IMG/VR virus record: IMGVR_UViG_3300032312_001897
Coordinates: 1-32,319 of that record
Source: a virus
Lineage: Duplodnaviria > Caudoviricetes
DNA length: 32,319 bases
Direction: 5' to 3' (one strand)
Position numbers and translations under genes: made by a program. The notes beneath the pieces are model-generated. The model saw only the letters and a program-made list of their open reading frames with translations. It was not told the origin of the DNA and did no database searches. Shown piece by piece: positions 18,438-28,300 of this stretch (positions are counted from its first letter, which is position 1; the number at the start of each line of letters is the position of its first letter).

Positions 18438-18665
18438 ATGCAATCAGCATCAACCGCTAGGTCGGCATCCAATTCATCAACAGGTTCTTTAGATTATATA
18501 GATACTTTAGTATCAGGTGCAACATCTCAAGGTTTATATCAAGTAGTTGTTGATGGACAATATGTTAATAATGTAATGACAGGATCTCTAAAGACATTAG
18601 GATATACTATTGAAGTAAAATATGATTCTATGGGTACATTCCCAAGATATTATGTAAAATGGTAA
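18438..18665 (+). CDS. Hypothetical protein, 75 aa
   Basis: ATG in A-rich context, co-oriented, followed by a terminator. Confidence 0.7.
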   Translation: MQSASTARSASNSSTGSLDYIDTLVSGATSQGLYQVVVDGQYVNNVMTGSLKTLGYTIEVKYDSMGTFPRYYVKW

Positions 18666-18686
18666 AAAAATTTTACAAATAATTTG

Positions 18687-18714
18687 ACCCGAATTTTTTA
18701 ATTCGGGTTTTTTT
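18687..18714 (+). terminator. Intrinsic terminator separating the late block from the replication block
   Basis: ACCCGAATT-TTTT-AATTCGGGT followed by a T tract. Confidence 0.8.
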
Positions 18715-18747
18715 ATCTATATTTTTAAGTAAACAAAACAATTTTTT

Positions 18748-19599
18748 ATGTCAACATTTGATGCCGTACTAGCACAGTACGAAAAAAACAAAATGGCCAC
18801 AAGTGGCAACGCAAACAGAGTATCCCAAGAGGATAGATTGAAAAAGTATTTTACAACCCTACTACCGAAAGGTTCTAAAGGGGAAGAAAGAAGAATTAGA
18901 ATCCTTCCTACAAAAGATGGTTCATCTCCTTTTGTTGAAGTTTTCTTCCATGAAGTCCAAGTAGATGGTCAATGGTTGAAAATTTACGATCCAAAACAAG
19001 AAGGAAAAAGGTCACCTTTACATGAGGTTTATGAAGGATTAATGATGACGGGTGTTGAAGCCGATAGAGAATTGGCAAGACAATATCGTTCACGTAAGTT
19101 TTATATCGTTAAAGTTATTGATAGGGATAACGAACAAGATGGTGTTAAATTTTGGAGATTTAAACATAACGCTAAAGGAGATGGTAATCTTGATAAGATT
19201 TTCCCAATTTTTAGGAATAAAGGAGATATAACCGATATCCAAAAAGGTCGTGATTTGATTCTTTCTTTGACTCTTACAAAGGCGGGTACAGGTAAAGAAT
19301 ATACACAAATCAATTCGGTTATTCCTGATGATATGTCACCACTACACGAAGATTCAAATGTTGCTAAATCATGGATTGATGATGAATTGACATGGGGTGA
19401 TGTTTATTCAAAGAAAAGTGAAGATTATCTTGAAATGGTAGCAAAAGGTGAAGTACCAAGGTGGGATTCAGTAACTAACAAATGGGTTTCTAATTCACAA
19501 TTGGAAGAAACAATTGGATCATCTAAATCATCTAAACCATCAACACCTGTTGTTGATTTGCAAGAACAAGATGACTCAGACGGAGATTTACCCTTCTAA
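18748..19599 (+). CDS. Single-stranded DNA-binding protein (T4 gp32-like)
   Basis: IRILP...SPFVEVFFH, VIDRDNEQDGVKFWRF, DITD...GRDL, acidic tail DDSDGDLPF; next to recombinase and helicase. Confidence 0.8.
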   Translation: MSTFDAVLAQYEKNKMATSGNANRVSQEDRLKKYFTTLLPKGSKGEERRIRILPTKDGSSPFVEVFFHEVQVDGQWLKIYDPKQEGKRSPLHEVYEGLMMTGVEADRELARQYRSRKFYIVKVIDRDNEQDGVKFWRFKHNAKGDGNLDKIFPIFRNKGDITDIQKGRDLILSLTLTKAGTGKEYTQINSVIPDDMSPLHEDSNVAKSWIDDELTWGDVYSKKSEDYLEMVAKGEVPRWDSVTNKWVSNSQLEETIGSSKSSKPSTPVVDLQEQDDSDGDLPF

Positions 19600-19615
19600 T
19601 ATATATAAACAAAAT

Positions 19616-19662
19616 CCCCCATCAAAGTATTGGATATAACAAGAAATGATGGGGGTATTTTT
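19616..19662 (+). terminator. Stem-loop between ssb and recA (weak terminator or mRNA processing/stability element)
   Basis: CCCCCATCA 19616-19624 pairs with TGATGGGGG 19647-19655, 22-nt loop, followed by TATTTTT. Confidence 0.55.
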
Positions 19663-19674
19663 AAAAAAAATTTT

Positions 19675-20649
19675 ATGGCAATTAAAAAAAATGATTTCAG
19701 TGCAATTAAAAAGAAATTTTCTAAAGAAGCAGAATATAAATCCGATCGTTTTTTCGATTTAGGTAACGCGTTTTTAGATGCAACAGGAATACCAGGACCT
19801 GCTATGGGACATATTAATATGTTGTTAGGACATAGTGATACTGGTAAAACAACGGCACTGGTCAAAACCGCGGTAGACGCACAAAAAAAAGGGATATTGC
19901 CTGTGTTAATAATTACAGAACAAAAGTGGAGTTGGGACCATGCGGAATTGATGGGATTTGATAGGTCTGAAGATTTCTATCTATTCAATAGTGATTTTGA
20001 ATATATTGAACAAATTACAGATTATATGAACGAACTATTGGATGCACAAGATAAAGGTGAAATACCACACGATATGTTGTTCTTGTGGGATTCAGTAGGT
20101 TCTGTACCATGTAAAATGACATATGACGGAAAAGGTGGTAAACAACACAATGCGTCGGTATTGTCTGATAAAATAGGTATGGGTTTGAACCAAAGAATAT
20201 CAGGGTCCAGAAGGTCTGATAAACCTTATACTAACACTTTGATTATTGTAAACCAACCTTGGGTGGAGTTACCTGATAATCCATTTGGACAACCTAAGAT
20301 TAAAGCAAAAGGTGGAGAAGCGATTTGGTTAAATTCTACATTGGTGTTTTTGTTTGGAAATCAGAAAGGTGCGGGAACTACTAAGATATCAATTACAAAA
20401 GACAAAAGAAAAGTTAAAATCGCAACCAGAACCAAGATATCAATTATGAAAAACCACGTAAACGGTTTAGGGTATGAAGATGGTCGAATTTTGGTAACTT
20501 CTCATGGATTTATGAGCGGAAAAGAAGACTCCGAAGAAAAAAAATCAATAGAAGAATATAAAAAAGAAAACGGAAATTATATCAGTAAGATGCTTGGTGT
20601 TAATGTTACAGACGCTGGTGAATTGAATATTGTAACAGAGGAAGAATAA
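19675..20649 (+). CDS. recA: RecA/UvsX-like recombinase
   Basis: Walker A GHSDTGKTT, Walker B FLWDSVGS, IIVNQ, KGGEAI, MKNH. ATG 19675 preferred over TTG 19630, which lies inside the hairpin loop. Confidence 0.9.
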   Translation: MAIKKNDFSAIKKKFSKEAEYKSDRFFDLGNAFLDATGIPGPAMGHINMLLGHSDTGKTTALVKTAVDAQKKGILPVLIITEQKWSWDHAELMGFDRSEDFYLFNSDFEYIEQITDYMNELLDAQDKGEIPHDMLFLWDSVGSVPCKMTYDGKGGKQHNASVLSDKIGMGLNQRISGSRRSDKPYTNTLIIVNQPWVELPDNPFGQPKIKAKGGEAIWLNSTLVFLFGNQKGAGTTKISITKDKRKVKIATRTKISIMKNHVNGLGYEDGRILVTSHGFMSGKEDSEEKKSIEEYKKENGNYISKMLGVNVTDAGELNIVTEEE

Positions 20650-20665
20650 CGAATAATATATTTAA

Positions 20666-21685
20666 ATGTCTGTTTTACTTGTTGATGGAGACAACTTACT
20701 TACAATTGGTTTTTTTGGTGTCAAGAATTACTTTTATAAAGGTTCACACATTGGAGGAATTTATCATTTTATTAATACTCTTAGGAAATCGTTTGAGACA
20801 TATCATTTAGACAAAATAGTTGTCTTTTGGGATGGAGAAAATGGTTATCAGTCAAGAAAAAAAATATATCACCAATACAAAGAGAATAGACGAGAAAGAA
20901 TAAAAAGTGAAGAGGAGTTAAATTCATATAGTTATCAAAGAAATAGAATTAAACAATATTTGGAGGAGTTATATGTAAGGCAAGGTGAATTTGAATTCTG
21001 TGAAACTGACGATTGTATTGCTTTTTATACGCAAAATTCTCCAAGTGAGAAAAAAATCGTATATTCTTCAGATGGAGATTTAACACAACTAGTGTCGGAA
21101 CAAACAAATATTTTTAACCCGTCTCATGGTAAATTATACAAATCAGGAGACACAATCAAATACGAACATGAGGAAATATTAATTGAAAATGTCAAACTTA
21201 TTAAAATGTTATGTGGAGACCCATCCGATAACATTTCCGGTATAAAAGGTATGGGCATCAAAAGACTATTAACCTTATTTCCTGAAATCAAAAACAAAGT
21301 TTTAACATTAGAAGAAATTATAAGTAAAACTAATTTACTTTTTGAACAAGACAAAAATAATAAATTAGTAAACAATCTTCTTACCGGAGTAACAAAACAC
21401 GGAGTTTATGGTAATGAGTTTTTTGAGATTAATAAAAGTATAGTTAGTTTAGAAGTTCCTTTTTTAACGGAAGAGGCAAAAAATACGATATTGTCACTTA
21501 TAAACGATAATTTGGACCCTGAAGGTAGGTCATATAAAAATACTATGAAAATGATGATGGAGGACGGATTATTCAACGTACTACCCAAATCAGACGACGC
21601 TTGGATTAAATTTTTAAATCCATTCTTAAGATTAACGAGAAAAGAAAAAAATAAAAGAATAATCAAAATTAAAAATTATGAATAA
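20666..21685 (+). CDS. 5'-3' exonuclease / flap endonuclease (T4 RNase H / Pol I N-terminal-like)
   Basis: LLVDGDNL, VFWDG, YKENR, ETDDCIA, SSDGDLTQL and H3TH motif GDPSDNISGIKGMGIK. Confidence 0.93.
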   Translation: MSVLLVDGDNLLTIGFFGVKNYFYKGSHIGGIYHFINTLRKSFETYHLDKIVVFWDGENGYQSRKKIYHQYKENRRERIKSEEELNSYSYQRNRIKQYLEELYVRQGEFEFCETDDCIAFYTQNSPSEKKIVYSSDGDLTQLVSEQTNIFNPSHGKLYKSGDTIKYEHEEILIENVKLIKMLCGDPSDNISGIKGMGIKRLLTLFPEIKNKVLTLEEIISKTNLLFEQDKNNKLVNNLLTGVTKHGVYGNEFFEINKSIVSLEVPFLTEEAKNTILSLINDNLDPEGRSYKNTMKMMMEDGLFNVLPKSDDAWIKFLNPFLRLTRKEKNKRIIKIKNYE

Positions 21686-22127
21686 TCAACAGGACATTAC
21701 AAAATTTGAATTTATTTTAACATTGGATGGAAATATTATTTGTCAAAGATATTTCAATGTAAAAGACCATAATTCGGTTGCTAGAAAATCTATGGATTTA
21801 CATTATTATGTAAAAAATATTTGTGAAGAAATTTCGGAAGATTTAAAAATAAAAAGTTCCGATTATTTGTGTGAAAATCAAAATTATATTCTAAATTCCG
21901 ATGTTGTGGAAGAATTAAACGCAAAAGAAAAAGAATATTTTTTATTGGAAATTAAGTTAGGTGACAATGTATTTATTCAAAGAATATTCCCCGCGTACCT
22001 CTACCATCCGAAGGTTAGATACACGGTAGACATTCGACCAAAACTGAAAAAGATACTGTCAGAATTAACTGATATACTATCGTCAACAGAATTGGAAACC
22101 ACGTATTTACAATACGAACTTAACTAA
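21678..22127 (+). CDS. Hypothetical protein, 149 aa
   Basis: Overlaps the exonuclease stop, directly precedes the helicase; no recognised motif. Confidence 0.75.
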   Translation: MNNQQDITKFEFILTLDGNIICQRYFNVKDHNSVARKSMDLHYYVKNICEEISEDLKIKSSDYLCENQNYILNSDVVEELNAKEKEYFLLEIKLGDNVFIQRIFPAYLYHPKVRYTVDIRPKLKKILSELTDILSSTELETTYLQYELN

Positions 22128-22135
22128 AAAAAATT

Positions 22136-23518
22136 ATGAGCGAAGAAAAAAATTTTGGACATTTAGGGATGTCATTTCAGCAGTGTCTAATAAAGACAAT
22201 AATAGAAGATAAAAAATATGGCGAAACTATTATTGAGGTATTAGAAAGTAAGTACTTTGATAACAACTCCTTCAAATATATTATGGAAAATTTGAAAGAG
22301 TATTTTTCAAAATATGGTAAAATACCTGATTATGTAAGTATTGGACAAAAAATAATATCTGAAAATGGTGAATCACAATCTTCTAAAATTCACTTAGATA
22401 CTTTAGAAATTATCAAAAATAACGAACAGACTCATGACCACGTTAAAGATACTGCGTTAAATTTCTGTAAGCAACAAAACTTAAAAAAGGAACTAAAAAT
22501 AGTTCAGAATATTATTGAAAATGGACAATTTGAATCTTACAACAAGATTGAACAAATAATCCAAAAGGCATTACAGGTTGGTATTTCCGGTGATGAGGCG
22601 ACCGACGTGTTTCATGATATAGATTCGGCGTTAGAGAAAGATCATAGACATCCATTAAGAACAGGAATTGTTGGTGTTGATAATTTATTGAACGGAGGGT
22701 TAGGTAGAGGAGAATTGGGTGTTGTTTTAGCACCTACTGGTACTGGTAAAACGACCTTACTTACCAAGTTTGCGAATACTGCCTACAACATGGGTTATAA
22801 TGTACTTCAAATATTTTTTGAAGATAACCCAGGTAATATTAAAAGAAAACATTACACAATATGGTCAGGTATTGCACCTGACGACCAACCTGAGGCAAAA
22901 GAAGAAGTTAAACTGAAAGTAGAGGAGATTCAAAATAATTCTAAGGGTAATATTAAATTATTGAAACTACCAAGTGATAATGTTACAGTTTCTGAAATAA
23001 AGAATAAGATTAGAAAATTAACATCAGATGGATTTAAAATTGATTTATTGGTTTTAGATTATGTTGATTGTATTAGTCCCGAGAGGTCAGTCAATGGTGA
23101 TGAATGGAAAGGTGAAGGTTCCGTAATGAGAAGTTTGGAGTCTATGACAAATGAGTTTGATATTGCAATATGGACAGCAACTCAAGGTAATAGGGAATCA
23201 ATATCATCTGAAGTTGTGACAGGAGACCAAATGGGAGGATCAATTAAAAAAGCTCAAATTGCACACGTTATTTTGTCGATAGGTAAAACATTAGAACAAA
23301 AAGAACATAATTTGGCAACATTAACTTTATTGAAATCAAGAATTGGTAAAGATGGTGTTATATTTCAAAATTGTACTTTTAATAATGAATATTTAATTAT
23401 TGATACTGATGCCCAAAGTACATTACTTGGACATGAGGAACAAAAAGTTCAAGACAAACAAGCAAGAGCAACTGCGGCATATTTAAAAAGACAAGAATTA
23501 ACAAATAAAAATAGATAA
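22136..23518 (+). CDS. dnaB: Replicative DnaB-like helicase (T4 gp41-like)
   Basis: TG...VDNLLNGGLGRGEL, Walker A APTGTGKTT, LVLDYVD, WTATQGNR, LKSRIG. Confidence 0.93.
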   Translation: MSEEKNFGHLGMSFQQCLIKTIIEDKKYGETIIEVLESKYFDNNSFKYIMENLKEYFSKYGKIPDYVSIGQKIISENGESQSSKIHLDTLEIIKNNEQTHDHVKDTALNFCKQQNLKKELKIVQNIIENGQFESYNKIEQIIQKALQVGISGDEATDVFHDIDSALEKDHRHPLRTGIVGVDNLLNGGLGRGELGVVLAPTGTGKTTLLTKFANTAYNMGYNVLQIFFEDNPGNIKRKHYTIWSGIAPDDQPEAKEEVKLKVEEIQNNSKGNIKLLKLPSDNVTVSEIKNKIRKLTSDGFKIDLLVLDYVDCISPERSVNGDEWKGEGSVMRSLESMTNEFDIAIWTATQGNRESISSEVVTGDQMGGSIKKAQIAHVILSIGKTLEQKEHNLATLTLLKSRIGKDGVIFQNCTFNNEYLIIDTDAQSTLLGHEEQKVQDKQARATAAYLKRQELTNKNR

Positions 23519-23540
23519 TATAAAAAAAAAAGAAGAAGAA

Positions 23541-25799
23541 ATGCAGAAAGGTAAAAAGTTTCTGAGTGATTTAAAATTACATTCAGATTATTTCAAATGG
23601 TTAGAAGAACAAAACAGGTATGAAACATGGGAAGATGCGTGTGAAAACATAATTGACGGTCATAGAAAAAAATATGAAAAGTATGTAAAAGAAATTGAAA
23701 CATATTTGAAATCTGCAGTTGAAAGTATGAAAGACCAAGTGGTGTTAGCATCTCAACGTAATTTGCAGTATAGACACGAACAAATTATGAAACACAATAC
23801 AAGAATGTTTAATTGTACTTCTGGTCACATCGCAAGAAACCGAATATTTCAAGAAATATTTTATTTAGCGTTATCTGGATGTGGATTTGGTGGAGGTTTA
23901 TTAATTCCATTTGTAAATAATTTGAGTAGAATTGAGAAAAGAACTAAAGGAACTAAAACTTTTGTTATTTCTGATAGTATTGAAGGATGGGCAGATTCAT
24001 TAGGGGTATTGATGTCTTCTTATTTTGCAGATGACCAACCATTTCCTGAATATGCTGGATACGAAGTAAAATTCGATTATTCACAAATCAGAGAAAAAGG
24101 TGCATTTATTAGTGGGGGTTTTAAAGCACCTGGTCATGAAGGTTTAAAACAATCATTGGAAAAAATTGAACAATTAATCAAAAAGTGGATAGATAAAGAA
24201 GGTTCAAAGATAAGACCAATCCTTGCTTTTGATATTATATGTCATTCAGCAGATGCGGTGTTATCTGGAGGTGTTCGTCGTTCAGCTTTGAATATGATTG
24301 TAGATCCGAATGATAATGAAATGATTCATGCAAAAACTGGAAATTGGAGAGTTGAAAACCCACAGAGGGGTAGAAGTAATAATTCTGTATTGTTGTTAAG
24401 ATCAGAAGTGAAAAAAGAACAATTCGAATATTTGGTTAAATTAAATGACGGAGCAAATGACATTGGATTTGTGTTTGCAAATAGTTGGTTCGATATGTTT
24501 AATCCATGTTTTGAAATATTGAAAATTCCGGTTTTGGATAATGTGGATTTTTCAAAAATAGATTACGAATTTGTTGAAGATTATGTTAAAAACAACAAAA
24601 ATAAATTTGGAATCCAAGGATGTAACCTTACTGAAATAAATGCTGAAAAATGTACAACAAAAGATAAGTTTCTACGTGCATGTAAAGACGCTTCAATCTT
24701 AGGTACATTACAAGCAGGGTATACCGATTTCCCTTATTTGGGTGAAACAAGTAAAAAAATATTTGAAAAAGAAGCGTTACTTGGTGTTAGTATTACAGGT
24801 TGGATGAATAATCCTAAATTATTCAATGCAGAACTTTTAGAAGAAGGTGCTCAAGTTGTAAAAGATACAAATAAACATTTAGCTTCATTGATAGAAATTA
24901 ATCAAGCTGCCAGAACTACATGTGTAAAACCATCAGGTAACGCATCAGTTGTGTTAGGTACTGCAAGCGGAATTCATCCCGAACATTCTGAGAAATATTT
25001 CAGAATTATGCAGTTGAACAAGGAAAGTAATACTGCTAAATGGTTAGAAGAAAATATGCCATTCTTATTGGAAGAGAGTGTATGGTCTTCAACTAAATCT
25101 GATTATGTTGTTTTTGTACCTGTTGAGAATCCAAAAACTGGTTTATTTAAAAAAGATATGAAAGGTATAAAACATTTGGATTTAATTAAATTAGTTCAAC
25201 AGCATTGGGTAAATGCCGGAACTAATCCAGAGTTGTGTACATATTCTCCTGTGAACCATAATACAAGTTGTACCGTCATTATTGATGATAAAGATACTAT
25301 TGTAGAATATATATGGGAACAAAGAGACTTCTTCACTGCGGTTAGTTTTATGTCCGATTATGGAGATAAAGATTTCAACCAAGCACCTTTTACATCTGTT
25401 TTAAATTTAGAAGAAATTGTTGAAGCATATGGTAAAGGTGCAATCATGGCCTCAGGTTTAGTTGTTGATGGACTTCATTATTTTGATAACAATCTATGGT
25501 TGGCGTGTGATACTATTTTGGAATCATTACCGGTAACAGGTACAAGAGAACAAGTATTATTAAAAAACTATTGGATAACAAGATCCAAGAAATTTGCTAA
25601 AAACTATTTCAAAAACGATTTGAGAAAAATGGTTTATTGTCTAAAAGATGTACACTTGTTCCATAAGTGGGAGACAGTAACTAGACAGTTCAAAGAAGTT
25701 AATTTTGGTGAAATCCTTAATAAACCACAATACAAAGATGTGAGTGATTATGCAGCGATGAGTTGTTCTGGTGGGTCTTGTGAAATCACAAAAATTTAA
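23541..25799 (+). CDS. nrdJ: Class II (adenosylcobalamin-dependent) ribonucleotide reductase, monomeric RTPR type
   Basis: RYETW, FNC, GGVRRSA, NPCFEI, CNLTEIN, TCVKPSG, QAPF, C-terminal CSGGSCEI; no terminal YY dyad and no nrdB nearby. Confidence 0.85.
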   Translation: MQKGKKFLSDLKLHSDYFKWLEEQNRYETWEDACENIIDGHRKKYEKYVKEIETYLKSAVESMKDQVVLASQRNLQYRHEQIMKHNTRMFNCTSGHIARNRIFQEIFYLALSGCGFGGGLLIPFVNNLSRIEKRTKGTKTFVISDSIEGWADSLGVLMSSYFADDQPFPEYAGYEVKFDYSQIREKGAFISGGFKAPGHEGLKQSLEKIEQLIKKWIDKEGSKIRPILAFDIICHSADAVLSGGVRRSALNMIVDPNDNEMIHAKTGNWRVENPQRGRSNNSVLLLRSEVKKEQFEYLVKLNDGANDIGFVFANSWFDMFNPCFEILKIPVLDNVDFSKIDYEFVEDYVKNNKNKFGIQGCNLTEINAEKCTTKDKFLRACKDASILGTLQAGYTDFPYLGETSKKIFEKEALLGVSITGWMNNPKLFNAELLEEGAQVVKDTNKHLASLIEINQAARTTCVKPSGNASVVLGTASGIHPEHSEKYFRIMQLNKESNTAKWLEENMPFLLEESVWSSTKSDYVVFVPVENPKTGLFKKDMKGIKHLDLIKLVQQHWVNAGTNPELCTYSPVNHNTSCTVIIDDKDTIVEYIWEQRDFFTAVSFMSDYGDKDFNQAPFTSVLNLEEIVEAYGKGAIMASGLVVDGLHYFDNNLWLACDTILESLPVTGTREQVLLKNYWITRSKKFAKNYFKNDLRKMVYCLKDVHLFHKWETVTRQFKEVNFGEILNKPQYKDVSDYAAMSCSGGSCEITKI

Positions 25800-25987
25800 T
25801 GAAGTTAATCGAAGGAGAGGACTTTATAATTGATGAACAGTCGGGACTTATGGTTCTGACTGTTCATTTTTTACTTAAAAGAGGTTATTGTTGTGGTAAA
25901 AATTGTAAAAATTGTCCATATGAACCTAAAGGTGTTAAAGGAAATGATATAATAAAAAAAGAATTGAGGGATGATGATATTATCTAA
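25799..25987 (+). CDS. Small Cys-rich protein (DUF5522-like)
   Basis: LLKRGYCCGKNCKNCPY; TAATG overlap with the RNR stop. Confidence 0.75.
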   Translation: MKLIEGEDFIIDEQSGLMVLTVHFLLKRGYCCGKNCKNCPYEPKGVKGNDIIKKELRDDDII

Positions 25988-26000
25988 ATCGTCATTCTTT
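25968..26000 (+). terminator. Possible terminator ending the replication block
   Basis: GGGATGATGAT / ATCGTCATTCT stem (three G-U pairs), short T run, just before TATTTATT at 26002-26009. Confidence 0.35.
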
Positions 26001-26013
26001 ATATTTATTCTAT

Positions 26014-26466
26014 ATGGCAGTAACGTATGGTATAGATTTCCCTTTTAGGGATAGTAGGAAAGGTGATTTTTTAGCAATGACAGAAACTCCTGAAAGAGAA
26101 ATCAGAGCTAATTTAATTCATTTAATTTTAACAAGAAAAGGTAGTAGATATTATCTTCCTGATTTTGGTACTAGATTATATGAATTCATCTTTGACCAAA
26201 ACGACTCTGTATCTTTTAATTTAATAGAAGATGAAATTAGAGAAAGTGTAAAAAAATATATACCTAATCTTGATATTAATTCAATTGAAGTGGTATCTGC
26301 TGAAGATGATCCTGACGAACCAAGAACATTCGCGGAAGAAGAAAATTCAAGATTATTTAGAGTGTCTAATGATAGTACTGAACCATATACAGCAAGAGTT
26401 AAAATCGATTATACGGTTAATAATGGTGCGTTCTCAACATCAGATTTTATAATAATAAACATTTAA
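26014..26466 (+). CDS. Baseplate wedge protein (T4 gp25 / GpW-like)
   Basis: GIDFPF, IRANLIHLILTRKGSRYYLPDFGTRLYEFIFD, the gp25 signature. Confidence 0.92.
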   Translation: MAVTYGIDFPFRDSRKGDFLAMTETPEREIRANLIHLILTRKGSRYYLPDFGTRLYEFIFDQNDSVSFNLIEDEIRESVKKYIPNLDINSIEVVSAEDDPDEPRTFAEEENSRLFRVSNDSTEPYTARVKIDYTVNNGAFSTSDFIIINI

Positions 26467-26467
26467 C

Positions 26468-28300
26468 ATGGCAAAGAAAATATCATACGCAGTTAGGGAT
26501 TTTGCTGGTCTAAGACAAGAACTTGTCAATATGACTAAAGAGTATTATCCTGATTTAATAAAAAATACAAATGACGCTTCTATATTTTCCGTATTGTTGG
26601 ATTTGAATGCTGCGGTTTCGGATAATTTACATTTTCATATAGATAGAGTATGGCAAGAAACCATGTTGGATTTTGCACAACAAAGACAATCTCTTTATCA
26701 TATTGCAAAAACATATGGGTTAAAAGTACCAGGTACGAGACCATCAGTTGCACTTTGTGATTTTTCTGTAAATGTTCCTGTCGCTGGAGATAAAGAAGAT
26801 GAAAGATATTTGGGAATTCTAAAAAGTGGAGCACAAATTTCTGGAGGAGGACAAATTTTTGAAACAATAGAAGACATTGATTTTACAAGTCCATTCAATA
26901 GTAGGGGAGAAACAAATAGACTTAAAATACCAAATTTTGATGGTAATAATAGATTGATTTCATATACAATTGTAAAGAGAGAACCAGTAGTAAATGGTTT
27001 AACCAGAATATTCAGAAGAGTTATTACGGAATTTGACCAAAAACCATTTTTAAAACTTTATCTACCTGAACAAAATGTTTTAGGTGTGGTGTCTGTTATA
27101 CATAAAGATGGTACAACCTTTGGCACCAATCCAACATCAGCAGAATTTGATAGTGCAACTAACAAATGGTATGAAGTAAAATCATTAATTGAAGGTAAAG
27201 TTTTTATACCCGACCCAACAACCGTTTCTGATAGAGACAATTTTAAGGCTGGTAAATATATTAGCGTAACAAATAAGTTTGTGACAGAATATACCCCTGA
27301 AGGATATTTTTCATTAACTTTTGGTTCTGGTACTGTCAATCCTATGGATAACTTACAAAGTTTTGTTGATAATGGACTAACAGTAAGTTTGGGTTCATTT
27401 TTAAATAATATGTCTTTAGGGTCAACACCAAGACCTAATACTACCATATTTGTAAAATATCGTATAGGTGGAGGTAGGGATTCTAATTTAGGTGTGAATG
27501 TAATAACAAGTGTAGATAGTGTTGATTTTGTAGTTGAAGGACCAAGCGCGTCAATAAATTCGCAAGTAATTCAATCATTGTCTGTGTCTAATGTGACTCC
27601 TGCTGTCGGAGGTGCTGACCAACCCACAATAGAAGAAGTGAGAAATATGGTGGCATATAATTTTTCGGCACAAAACAGGGCGGTTACTTTAAATGATTAT
27701 AAATCGTTAATAGAAACAATGCCATCAACTTTCGGAGCGCCTGCTAAGGTTAATGTGTTAGAAGAAGATAATAAAGTAAAAATAAAATTATTATCATATG
27801 ACGCTGATAGTAATTTAACGGATACAGTATCAACGACATTAAAGAATAATATAACGTCCTATTTGTCCGAATATAGAATGTTAAATGACTTTATAGAAAT
27901 ATCTAGTGGAGAAGTAATCGATTTCAGACTTGAGATAGATATGGTTGTAGATAAAAATGTCAATAGAACTGAGGTAATTAAAAACTCAATTAACGATACT
28001 GTTCAATATTTTGCAATAGAAGGAAGAAAAATGGGTGATCCGTTATTTGTTGGTGACATTTATAGAATACTAGGTAATGTGAGTGGAGTTGTAAACGTAA
28101 TTGATATTAGAGTTTTTAATCAAATAGGTGGATTATATTCTTCATCTGAAGTTACTCAAGCTTATAAAGATAATATCACCAAAGAAATATTACAATCGGA
28201 TATGACAATATATATGTTGGCAAATCAGATATATCAAATTAGATTCCCAAATAAAGATATCAAAATAAGAATCAAAACTTTAGGTACGACTACATTTTAA
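26468..28300 (+). CDS. Baseplate wedge protein (T4 gp6 / baseplate J-like)
   Basis: RDFAGLRQEL, FGSG, YRIGGG..SN, GGAD..TIEEVR, AQNRAVTLNDY. Confidence 0.92.
   Translation: MAKKISYAVRDFAGLRQELVNMTKEYYPDLIKNTNDASIFSVLLDLNAAVSDNLHFHIDRVWQETMLDFAQQRQSLYHIAKTYGLKVPGTRPSVALCDFSVNVPVAGDKEDERYLGILKSGAQISGGGQIFETIEDIDFTSPFNSRGETNRLKIPNFDGNNRLISYTIVKREPVVNGLTRIFRRVITEFDQKPFLKLYLPEQNVLGVVSVIHKDGTTFGTNPTSAEFDSATNKWYEVKSLIEGKVFIPDPTTVSDRDNFKAGKYISVTNKFVTEYTPEGYFSLTFGSGTVNPMDNLQSFVDNGLTVSLGSFLNNMSLGSTPRPNTTIFVKYRIGGGRDSNLGVNVITSVDSVDFVVEGPSASINSQVIQSLSVSNVTPAVGGADQPTIEEVRNMVAYNFSAQNRAVTLNDYKSLIETMPSTFGAPAKVNVLEEDNKVKIKLLSYDADSNLTDTVSTTLKNNITSYLSEYRMLNDFIEISSGEVIDFRLEIDMVVDKNVNRTEVIKNSINDTVQYFAIEGRKMGDPLFVGDIYRILGNVSGVVNVIDIRVFNQIGGLYSSSEVTQAYKDNITKEILQSDMTIYMLANQIYQIRFPNKDIKIRIKTLGTTTF

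Noticed and set aside
19630-19674. N-terminal extension of RecA from TTG 19630
   Set aside because: The start lies within the intergenic hairpin; ATG 19675 has the usual A-rich context.
19675-25799. Inteins or introns in RecA, helicase or RNR
   Set aside because: Lengths are normal, motifs contiguous, and no splice-junction or homing endonuclease motifs were seen.
478-28300. Bacterial extracellular contractile injection system (eCIS/tailocin) locus
   Set aside because: Interleaved gp32-like SSB, UvsX/RecA, helicase and RNR, giant virion proteins and no host genes indicate a phage genome.
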